Part shown: in pieces, positions 28,001 through 40,000 of the stretch
How positions within the stretch are numbered: position 1 is the stretch's first letter
Layout of the letters: each line of letters starts with the position of its first letter
NCBI GenBank assembly: GCA_044225505.1
Contig: JBGAIN010000027.1
Span: forward strand, 687 to 64,686
Direction of reading: 5' to 3'
DNA: 64,000 bases
From: Limisphaerales bacterium
Lineage (GTDB): Bacteria; Verrucomicrobiota; Verrucomicrobiia; Limisphaerales; SIBE01
Translations under genes and position numbers: made by a program
Notes under the pieces: generated by a model
What the model was told of the DNA's origin: nothing
Database searches by the model: none
What the model saw: only the letters and a program-made list of their open reading frames with translations

Positions 28001-31000
28001 TGCCATCGCCATACCGGGCGATGATCTGACCAGTCTGGGGATCAAGCTGCACGAGCGGGCCACCACCTGTCGTCGCCCACAGCATCCCAGCTCCATCGAA
28101 GGCAAGGTCGTAGATGGGTAGTTCAAGCATTGCCAGAGGAGCAACGGCATCTCCTCCGGCCATGTCGAATACGTAGAGACTCTTACGCCCGGCTCCCCCG
28201 CTAATGAAGACCGACTGTCCATCAGGGGTAAAGGCGATGCCGAGCGGGCCGATATCAGCGCCCGAGGTGGGAACCTTGCGCGCAAAGCTGCGGGCGGTGA
28301 ATGGCTCAAAGACAGCGGTGAAGGAAGAAGGATACTGGCGGGATTGGGTGCTGGGGATTTGCAGCAACGCCTGTGTGAAGAGCGGGTTAGTGACCGGAGT
28401 GCTCGGTGGCTCGATCTCGGAAAGTTCTGTGGCAGTCGTTTCCGGAGCCACCGGAATTCCGCCCAGGTTCACGTCTGGCGCAAAGGCGGGCAATAACACG
28501 CCGACGGGCTGGGTCTCGCGATTGCCTGCATGATCAATGGCCAGGACGATGAACTCGACGGCTGAGCTTTCCACGCCTTCGTAGAGGGCGGATGTTTCTG
28601 TCGTATGCGATTTCCAGGTCGTGAAGGCCCCGCCATCCACTGAAACGTAGACCATGAAGTCCTTGAGCCCGGAGCCCAGAGAATCTTCCACGGCTTTCCA
28701 GTTCAACGCATACGAGCCTCTACTCAGAGCCTGGACGTGCACTGTGGTTGTCGGTCCCGAGGCGTCGAGCGTGTGGCGAACGACATTGGTATCGATGGGA
28801 GCCTGGTCGTCGAAGAGGACTCGCGCGCTGGCCGTGATTTCAGCTCCGGTGGCAGAGTCGGGGTTTGCCCGAATGATGTAGCTCACCATGCCCCCCTGGG
28901 TAAGGTCTACGTTGGGGAACAGAAGACCCAGATCGGGATCGGCGGCAGGCAAGCCAGTAAGAGGATCCACGGCCGTGAGCTGCCAGGTAACGGTATTGGT
29001 CAACACATCGATCCCCGCCGTGACCTGGAGGACAATTCCGTAGTCATCGGTCAGATCGAACTCACCGGTAAAAGCAGCGCGGTTGCCCGGGAAGTGAATC
29101 ACCAGATCGCCCAGGCGTAGGTCGCCCAAGCGGAATGAACGGACATCCAGGTCGGCGTCCAACTGCTGCAAGATCCGGATTTGAGAGATCGGAGCAGTCG
29201 CGGAGGCGGGATTCTCGAAACTAATGGCGTAGGGCAAGTCGGTGTTGGCAGGCACAAAGAGACTGGCTCCGTAGCCGTTGGGTCCGTTCATCGAAACACT
29301 GTCGCTGCGCGCGCCGAAGAGACCAAAGAACTGGCCCAGATTCGGGTTCTGTACTGCGGCCGGGGAATCGGCCTCCGGTTCGCCCACTTGGATGACGTAC
29401 GAAACATAGTGAGTCGGATGCGAGAGGTGGAGGTCGAAGGTGGAGGCGGCTGGCGGCGTTGAACTCCCGTAGGCTTCCTCATCGTGGCCATACCAGGCTC
29501 GCACCTGTTCAAAGAACTGGACGAGGTTGCCACCGGCAATGATTTCCTGACCACCCGAGCCGCCCAACAAGCCCGCCGCCAGGACAGAAACCAGGCTCGC
29601 GAATGCGGGCTGTTCCCGGATCGCAGGTGGCTCGTCTTCGGGGCGTAGCAACCCAGCATCGGTCAGGGCCGCGAGATAAAGATCACCCCAGGTCTGCTTG
29701 TCAGCCGCCAGCGCCAGCAAACCTTGAGGAGCATTCGGGTCTGCAAGAATCCTTTCCCGCAATGCCGTTGCCTGGTCACGCTGGTAAGCGACGTACTCAA
29801 GTGCGGTCATGGGAGTCGCAGCAGCTTGGATGTAGAACTCAAAAGCCAGGTCAGAAAGGAAGATGGTACCTTCGAGATTCTTGAGGTAATCGGGATCTTC
29901 GGCCAACAAGCGACGCAGTTCAGGATAGGTGTCAGCAGTGAAGGTCAAGGCCGCATACCCGTCGTTGATGAAGTCGTAGGTGAACCCGGAGGCCACCAAG
30001 TCTCCCTTCAGATTCACAACCGGGTCAAGTTCGATCCAGGGAACGTCCCCGATATTCGGGCTTCCGCTCAAGTTGGTCCGAAAGACCAAGCGCTCGCCCG
30101 GGATAATGCCGGTGGAATCGGAGGGTAACCTGGGCATGCCAAACTCCACATGAACATAGGGGGCATCGACGTTGGTCAGGCTGTGGATGCCGATTCCATA
30201 CCAGCCGACCTCGCCCAATTCCAAATGGGCGGGGCCGCCCAGCCCGACGGTCAAATCCAGCGGCAAGGCTTTCTCGACAAGGTACCGGTAGGGCAACACC
30301 GCCGTTTGCCCGTTGGGGTTTGTGACCTGGATGTCGTAGAGGCCGTGCGCCGCATCGCGCAGATCGAAAACGGCGGTAATCTCCGTGGCAGAGACTCGCT
30401 TATAGTTGATTGGAGCGAACTCGGCGATCTGCGGCCGAACCAGCTTAACGGTAGCCGATTCATCGAACTTGGCACCTGTGACCGTCAAGGTGACATAACG
30501 GCTGTCGCCGCCGACATCCGAGGTCACGTCACTGATCTCGAACGGAACGAGTCGCGCCTTGAGCTGGATGCCCGCCTTCCCAGGGACGCTGGCGCCCCGC
30601 ACCAGGATGTAATAGTAGCCCGCGTTGGTGCTGGGCACGCAAGCTGTTTGGTCCGCCCACAGATGGCCCTCGTAAGCGGCGTCATAGGCCAACGAACTCG
30701 GCAAGCCTTCGTAACGCAGGAAAAGCTCATTCGCGGCGGCATCATTGTCACAAGCCAGAACCACCTCCAGCGTTTCACGAGCCGGGACAGCGACGCGGTA
30801 GAGCAGTTCCTGGCCAGTCGAAATCGAGCTGCTGGCCACGACGTCCACGGTCAGCGCGCGCACTCCGACCTCCATCACTCCTGAGGAAGCACGAGCATTG
30901 TTGCCGTTAAACGTACCCTCGTTAATGTCATCATAGACATCGGTTCGGACGATCAGTCGGTACGTATTGGGCAACACCGTGGGCAGGGCAGCGGTAAGCG

Positions 31001-34000
31001 TTGCCGTGTAGCTTTCACCCGAGGCGAGCACCTGGATGTGCTTGGCATCGCCGCGCTCCAGTTTGCCAACCAGACGGTCCCCCACGTCCCATACGCCGTC
31101 GAGAGACAGGTAAAGGGCGTCGGCCCAGAATCCCTCAGCCTTTTCCGTGCTATGGTTCTTCACGGTCCAGAGGATCTGGACGGATTCGCCAGCCAGCCCC
31201 GTGCTCGGCATAACAACGGGGTCCTCCACCTGCAGATCCGTCGGCGGTGGCAGTTCGATCAGCATGGGTAAGGCGCTGGGGGTGGCGTTGTTCGTCTCTT
31301 TGCTCCCTTCATACACGCTGGTATACCCCGCCCCGGAAGCGGTGTCGGTCAGCACGAACACGTAGTAAGGGCCAACAAGCCCACGCGGCAGGGTGTATTC
31401 GTCAGTGACCGTATACGACTCTCCGGGCTTCAAAACCCCGATATGTCCGACGCCTTTCACGAAGTGATCACTGGCGGCATCCAAGTACTGGTCGCGAGAA
31501 AGGTATATGTCATCGTACCAAGCGTTCTGCCGGTCTGGGACTTGCCCCTGGCCCGTGTTGGTCACGACGTAGGTAACCGTGAAGCCATGACTGCTCAGAA
31601 TCCGCTCTGGAGCTTGCACCTGGGTCACTTTGAGGTCCGGCAACGGTTGCAGCGCGATCTGGACGGCGGAAACGACGGTATTGTTGCCTTCGTTCTGGTA
31701 CTCGTTCACGGCGCCTGAACCTCCTCCCAGGATGCGAGCCGGGCCGTCCGCCAGCGGATAGGGAACTTGCCCTGGAGACCATTCAGTGTGTGGTGAATCG
31801 GCGCAGACGATGAGATAGAACGGTCCTTGGATATCGTCCGGCAACCGGACCGTGGTGGTCGCCGTGTACTCGCCGCCCATTTCGACTACTCCATCATGCC
31901 GCACGCCACCGAGCAGCAGGTCATAGACATCCAGGGATTTGTCCTGCGAAATGAAGACGCGGTCAAACCAGACTCCGGTGCGCGTAGCGCGCGTGCCCTG
32001 GTTCGCAACTTTCCAGGACAGAGCGATGTCGCTGCCAGAGAGCGCTTGGTCGCTGTCCGCCATCGGCAGGATGACAAGGTCCGGTTCGCGGAAGAGAATA
32101 TTGATAGGCGTCGAACCGCCGCTATTATTCGCGTTGGCGCCATCCTCCCAAACGCGCTGTTTAAAGTTCGTCCTCCAGCTGGGGTAGGAGCCAGGGCTCA
32201 AAGCACGATAATCCACCGGACGAGGCGCCCATTCGGACGGATTGTGATCCGTCAGGACATAGATATATCGCTTGCCCGAGACGCCGCTCGGGAGTTGAAC
32301 GGTAGCGGCGGCCGTATAACTCTGCCCGGGCTGGAGTGGTTGGTCGGCCGTGTGGACAACGCGGGTCAGGAACAGGGCGCGGCCAACTTCAAACGGCCGG
32401 TCCGGTGGATCCGGCGACAGGAAGATGTTGTCAAACCAGCGTGTCGTCCCTTCCCACACCGCACCGGGACCTTGGTTGGTGACCGTCCAGGAGATCTGGA
32501 TGACCCCGTCCGAGTCGGCTTCCCCTGGCACCTGGCTAACGACGGCCACCAAGTCGGCAGGAAGGTTACTCACGGTGCTCGCGGCAGCCTTTTCATTGTT
32601 TTGGGTCCACGGTCCCTCGAAGACCAACTGCTCACCTTGTCCGGTCGGGGAGCCAACGATGATGTACATTAGCTGGTCCTTGCTCAAACGGGAGATGTCC
32701 TCGGAAGAGACCTGGTCCAGGGACTCGCCAATGGTCTCTTCCAAGCGCGACATGACTCCCTCAAATTGCTGGGTTAGCTCCTGCATCGCTTTCTGGTCGT
32801 AGTCCTCCTCTTCGACGACCTCGATCGGGGCGACGTTGGTTTTAACGATGAAGAACTTTCCTTCGGCTGACGGCGGCAGCGTGAAGGTGACGGTTTGCGT
32901 ATAGGACTCGCCAACTTGAAGGGTTCCTTCGTGAGGAGCAGCGAAGACCAGCAAATCTTTTCCGAGATCGAGCTGATCATCATCGGACAGATAGATCGAG
33001 TCTCCCCAGCGATCAACGCCGGTCGCCACGGCGCCGCGGTTCGCTACGGTCCAGGCAAGCGTGACTTGCTGTCCGCCCAGGGCAGAGGCGGGAGCGATGA
33101 CCGAGGTGACTTCCAAATCGGCAGGTGGAGTCACGAAGAGGTTAATCGGGGTGAACGCGAAGTTGCTACCCTCGATGTCCGTGGGCATCGCCGGATTAAC
33201 GTTGACGTCAAATGCCTGTTCAAAAACGTTGTCGGGGGCATCGGTCCAAACCGCCAGGTAATAGACACCTTGCAGGCTCTTGGGAATTGTCACGGTAACC
33301 GCGTTGTCATACGACTCACCCACCTCGAGTGCGCCGCTGTGCCCGAAGGTCCCGAGTAGGATATCGCCGCTCAACGGGTTAAACGCGTTCGGTTTTGGAC
33401 GGCCTTTGGCACGCACGAGCCAGATGGCATCGGCCCAACCTGCCGGATAGGTTATCCCGGACCCGTTGTTCTTAATCCGGTATCGAACGGTGATCTGAGA
33501 ACCGTCAAAGGCATCGAGCGGAGCCGAGATTTCCGAAGCCACAAAGTCGGGAGGCGGCACGGGTGTAACGTCGACGGCCAGAGGTTGCGCCTTCTCGTTG
33601 TTGCCGTCGTTGGGGAACTCATCAACCACGCCCTCGGAATCAGCCTTGACGATAATGTAAACGTTCCCGCTGACTCCCAGGTCGACCTGATAATGGCCCT
33701 CACTGCTATACGCCTGGCCCGAGGCCAAGGCCGCGCCGTTTGCCAGGGATCCGAGCAACCGATCGCCCGTGTCCCACTTGTGGTCCAGCGAGAGGTAAAC
33801 GCCATCAATCCAGCGCGAGCCGCCCGTAGGCGTAGACGCAGCTCCAAGGTTGTAGACCGTCCACTGGACATCGATATATCCGCCGCTGGTGATTTTGGCC
33901 GGCACGGTCAAAGCCGTCACCTGCAGGTCCGGTCGAGGCTTAAGGGAAAGGACCAACGTGTCAGAAGCGGCCAGAACATTGTTGGTCTCAACCGTCTCGG

Positions 34001-37000
34001 GCAAGCTATCGGCCACGTCGGTCTCAACCACAAGGGTGTAGACACCTTGAGCGGCTGGGAGCTTCACGAATTCGCTGCGGGCATAGCTCTGGCCGGCCTC
34101 AAGTCCGATGGAACGTGAGTAGTCGCCCAACACAATCGCCCTCTCCAGATCTCCACCAGGAGCAAAGAAAACCCGGTCCGTCCAGTAGCCAGTAGCGTTC
34201 TGCGGCCCGTTATTCTTGACCGTCCAGGTGACTTCGATCCGGGCACTGTCCTGGGCCTGCGATGGACCGCTCACCTGGGTGACCTGGAGATCCACCGGCG
34301 GCGGAGGCGTGTAAGTCACGTTCACGGCCTGGGAGCGTCCGGTGTTGTTGTCGGTATAAACAAACTCGAACGGACCGCCTGTGGTGACAAAAACGTAATA
34401 GGTTCCGTTGGCATCAGTCGGCAACGTGACCTCAGCGGTGCGAGGATAGCCGTCGTCGACGCGGAGTGCGCCCAGGTGGCTGAACGTGCCTAAGGTCACC
34501 CGACCTGTTGCGCCGGTGGGATCTTTCGACCACCACACCTGGTCCGACCAATTGTCCGGGGTGGTAATCCCGATGCCGAGGTTGGATACGGTCCAACTGA
34601 CGGCGAGCGGTTTCCCATTCTGGCCGGTTGACCCTGCGGTCACTTGATCCACCACGAGATCCGCGTAGGGGATGTACATGACATCCACCGTGTGCCCCCC
34701 AACCGCGATGTTCGCGCCTTGGCCAGTGTGCTCGTAGACCACATCGGCCGCATCCGTCATGACCAATAAATAAAAACGCCCCTGGAGGCGGGAAGGAAGG
34801 GTGACTATCTTGGTTTCAGTGTAACTCAGGTGGACCGGTAAGAGACCGATGTGCTGGAAATTGCCCACCAACTGATCATCGCCATTTCCGTAGACCTGGT
34901 CCGTGGAGAGCACAACTCGATCCGTCCAACTGTCCACAGGGCCAGGGCCCGTGCCGTCGTTCGTAACCGTCCAGGAGACCGTCAAGTCGACCGGATCCCC
35001 GATGAGCACGGATGGGGCGGTCACGCCGCTGACCCGCAAATCGGCATAGGGAGCGAGTGTCACCTCGATCACAGGCGAGGCGCCAAGATTGTTGTCCTCT
35101 TTGACGCCTTCCGCAACTTGATCTGCGGCATCTGTCCGAACGAGCAGATAATAGGAACCAGCCAAGCCGTTAGGAACCGTCACCTCGAGTTGAGCGTTAT
35201 AGGTCCCACCGGACGGCAAGATCCCCGAATGAAGTTCTTCTCCGAGCAACAGATCAGCGGTGGACAAGGTTTGGTCGCTGGAAAGGAAAACTCGGTCAGT
35301 CCACTCGGCAGCGGTCGCGAAGGTGCCAATATTGTGACCAATCCAGGTTGCCATGAACTTGGCGCCAGACACCGCCGCGGAAGGAGCCGTCACGCTGTCA
35401 ACGACCAAGTCTGCGTGTGTGATGGCCAAGGGCTGTGTATTTGCCAAGGTGTTGTTGCTTTCCCCGTCCCATTCCGTGACGTTGCCATCGGCATCCGTGA
35501 CCACGATAAAGTAGTAATTCCCGGCAGACACTGTCGGCACCTGGACATTCTCAGTCCGAGTGTCCTGGGCGTCCCTGGAGAGTTCGGTTGCCCGGACGAA
35601 GCTCGCCACCAGGGTCGCAGCGTTCATAGTGCCATCTACGGAAAGATAGATCCGATCGACCCACGGAGCGGGAGCAGAAGCCGCACCGTTGTTCCCGATG
35701 GTCCAGGTAAGCGGGATAGCCGCTCCGATGCTCGCGGTGGCCGGCGCGGTGATATTGCTAATGACGAGATCGGCCACCATCACGACACTGAGGTTCTGGG
35801 AAATGCCGGTGTTGTTCATCTCCCCCTCGCGTTCAAAGACCGAATTCGCAACGTCGGTCACCACTTGCACAGTGTAGCGTTTGAAGGGCAACGACGGCAC
35901 AACCAAGGTTTCCGTTCGACGATAGCTCGCGTCGGAGACCAAGTCGCCTGAGTGCGTGAAGACTCCCAACTCGACGGCTGAAAAGCGATTGTCGTCGGGC
36001 CAGAGGATTACTTGGTCCTTCCAGGAACCGGCGGCGACAGCGGTGCCGCTGTTGGTGACGGTCCAGGATACGGCGATTGGGGAGCCCACCGGCAATTCCG
36101 CAGGCGCGGTCACTTGCGAGACGATCAAGTCAGGCACTGGGGAGACCGAGACGACCATCGCGGAGGCGCTCCGTCCCACATTATTGCCTTCGGCGGTCAG
36201 CTCCTCGACCTGGTTGCCGACGTCCGTCTGGACGAAGACGAAGTAACTCCCGGCCGTGAGACTCACAGGTAGCGTGATCGTTTGGGTTTGAGTCACCACC
36301 GCTTCGGCGGCGAGGGCTCCGGTGTGTTTAAAGGTCCCGAGCTCGATATCGCTACCGAACTGGTCGTCTGCCGAGAGATAAATCCGATCGGACCACTCCG
36401 CCACGGACGTGCTGTTGGCACCCTGGTTTTTAACGTCCCAGGAGATCTGCACAATGGCCCCGGTGGCAGCAGAGCCCGGAGCGGTCACGGTGACAACCGC
36501 AAGATCGCTCGGTGGTGGGGCAACGGCCACCTGGATGGTAGACGCCAGCAGGTTATCAGCCTCGTCCTGTTCCAGAACGGAGTCGCGACCGTCTAATTTG
36601 ATGTAGACGCGGAACTGGCCTTCGATGCCGTAGGGAACCACCGCACTGAACTCGCGGCTGTAACTTGCGTTGACGGCAAGATCGCTCTCCACAGTAGTTG
36701 CGCCCAAGGCAATGTCGTCACTGTTCCCGAAGACCTCGTCCTTGGAGAGCACGGCTACGTCACTCCACGAAGCTTTGGCTGAGGCCCCGCCGGAGTTCAC
36801 AGCGGTCCATTGGATCGTGAGTGTCTGCCCGTTCGCGGTGGAGGAAGGGACCTGGGAGGATTTGAACCTCAGGTTTGCCAGCTTAAGCTCAAGATTTAAT
36901 CCAAACACGTCGCCCGTCTCGCCCAAAATGCCATTGTCATTCTGATCCATGGGATTGCCGACCAGATCGGTGATGTTCGGACCGATGACAAAGCGATAGC

Positions 37001-40000
37001 TCCCGACCTGGCTTTGCTCAAGGAAAGTAAGTTTGAAGTGCGTGGCATCGACCCGTGCGACGGAGGCAACCGCGATTGGCCCGGTGGGGCCCGTCAACTC
37101 CACATCGGCCGGCGAGAAAGAGGTCGCCAAAATCGCCTTCTTGAATTCGAGCACTAACGCAGAGAAGGGTTGTTCCACCACTCCGCTGAGGCTGGTCGAA
37201 ATGATGCGAGGACCGTTGCTTTCGATCGTGAAGGTTCCCTGATAAAAGTCGGTCGATTCTCCTGTGATCCCGTTTCCGTCCTGGTCCATGAGTGTCCCAC
37301 CCAGATCGCTCACGGCGGGGCCCAGTTTGAATGTATACATGCCGTTGGCAGTCTGAGGAGCGAACTGAAAGCGATACGTTTGGGCACTGACGGCTGTGAT
37401 GCCTGTGATACCAATCGCACCCTTGGGACCGGTCAGAGCCACATCGCTGAGCTGCAGGCTCGAGGCGAGGATGGTCTCGCTGAAAGTCACTTCGATGGAA
37501 TTGACCGGAGCGGCAGCGGCGCCAACTGGACCATGGGAGATCACGGTCGGTCCAACAGCATCCAACTGGAAGTTGGAGATGTAGCCATCCTCTATTTCGC
37601 CCGCCGTGGCGTTTTGGTTCTGATCCATCATCCGTCCCGCCAAATCCAGGATTTCGGGACCGACCCTTAGGCGATAGATGCCTTCCGCTGTCAGGCGATC
37701 GAAGGTAATGCGGTAGGTCCTCCCATCGAGTTGGCTGACACCCGTGACATTGACGAGGCCTTGCGGTCCCATGAGTTGAATATCAGCAGGCCCGAAGCTG
37801 CCGGGCTGGATCGGGCCGGAGAATGTCAGATCGAGGTGGTCCAGGACACCGAGCACTGCCCCAGTTGGGACCTGGCCAACGATGCGCAAGGGCTGGAGAC
37901 TGAGAGTGAAATCGTTTTGGTACCGGTCGGCCGGGTCTCCTCCGTTGGCCCCGTCCTGGTTCTGGTCCATCGGGTTTCCAGCCAGATCAGCGATGCGTGG
38001 TCCGACTTGGACAACGTACTCGCGATTCGTAATCAAAGGATCGAAGCGGACGCGGAACTCGATATCGGAAGTCTGAGTAATACCAATGACACTGGTGGCC
38101 GGCACCAGGGAACTTGGGACCGCGGCAACCACCAGGCCGCCGTTGGCGGTATCGCCCACGAGATCAAAGTCCGCGGCATTCCACTCTGTCTTGGCTCCTG
38201 GGGCCGCGAACAACTCGACCTGAGCCCCTCCTCCATGCTCGTAGTAGATAAGTCGGAGCGGGTAGTCACCCGCCGCGGCGAACTGGAAAGTGGCCAGCGT
38301 GGTGGCCGAACCGCGGTCCGTCGTATAGGAGGTGACATTTGTTCCCACCTGCAAGGCAAAACCGTCGTCACTGTTCACCCCAAAAGTCCATTCTCCGGCT
38401 GTTGGGATGGAAATAGCAGCGGTAGCCAGCACAACAAAGTTATCAACATCCTGGCCCACGGTCTGGCCTGGGAAGGGTCGATTTCCGGTGGCATAGATAC
38501 CCTCGCCGGTACCGAGGTAATTGATGATGGGCGTCACCTCGCCGAGCACCTGGCTAAAATAATTAGCAGCGGCAATGACCGTCTCTGCGGTCGAGATGTC
38601 GCCCACTCCGCCGATGGCTCTGAAGTAGAGGGCCCAGAATCCAGGAACGGGCGAAGTCCCGGAACCGAGATGCTGCAGGATTTGGATATCAGCGGCAGTG
38701 AAGGTGGAACTGGCAATTGGCTCGGAGAATTGTAGAGCCAGTTCGTCAACCGCAGACGAAAGCGCTCCAGTAGGCGTCTGAGCGACGATCCGTGGTCCTT
38801 TGGTGTCAAAGGCAAATGTCGTGGAATAAACATCGCCCGGCGCTTCTCCGCCAATCCCATTCCGGTTTTGGTCGAGGGTGAAACCGCCGATGTTGGTGAT
38901 GATCGGTCCAATCTTCACCTGATAAATGCCATCGGTCGTGATCAGCGATAAGAAGTTGATTCGGAATGTGGTATTGGTAAGAACAACCGGATCTGCAGGT
39001 GCGATCGTCTGCGGGCCTGTGATGACCACATCGGCCGTGGTGAACGTAGCGGCATCGATCGGGTCCGAGAATGTGACGTCGACATAGGAAACGTTGCGTG
39101 GGATCGAGCCTGCGGCCACGAGCGCCTGAATCTCAGCGGAGTTGAGTGCGCGGTTGGTAATGCTGATCTCATCGACCAATCCGGCGAAGTTGGCGCCAGA
39201 ACAGCAAGATTCTCCACCGATCCGGGTGCCGCCCGTCGTGCCCGCGTATCCCGGATCGACGCCTCCCGATGCCTTGAGTTCGCCGTTGACGTAGATGCGC
39301 GCCGTGGCGCCATCGCACGTTGCCACGACGTTGAACCACGTCCCGACGGTCGCAGTCACTCCGGAACTGATGATGGCAACGCTGCCGCCTGCCTGGCGGA
39401 CATTAACGCCTATGATTCCATCCTGGACGACCAGGCCCCAATCGCGGTAGTCAGACGTGCCCCCCACGATGGTATGGCGCCCCGTCAGAGTTGCCGAAGC
39501 ATTGATCCACGCGGCCAAGGTCCATTGGGAGCCAGGGCTCCATCCGCCCAGGTCAACGTAATCATCCACGCCGTCTAACTGAAAGGCTTGTCCGACCTTT
39601 CCGGTCGCGTAGGTCGCGCCGTTCTGGAGGGTCCCATGGTGGGTGGTGCCAGTGTCATTCGCATTGCCCTCGGCGCGCCACGAGTTCACCGTATCGGTCA
39701 GGCCGCCAGGAGTAGCCGATAGGACATAGGCGCCGAGCTGGAGTGCGGGCAACGATGTCAGCCAACTGCCGTAATCGACCCAGTCACTGACTTTTTGCCC
39801 GGCGGGATTTTCATGAACGCGGCCGTCGGCACCGGATGGGTCGTTCGGACCGGCGGCGTCATTCCACCAATTCCCTGTTGCCACCACATGCGTGAAGTCA
39901 CCCGTGCCCTCATAACTAACTGCAGTGGTAAGGCCACTAAAGACACAACCGGAGAGAGTCGCATTCTGACCCGCAACTACGGCCACGCCGCTGCTTGCTG

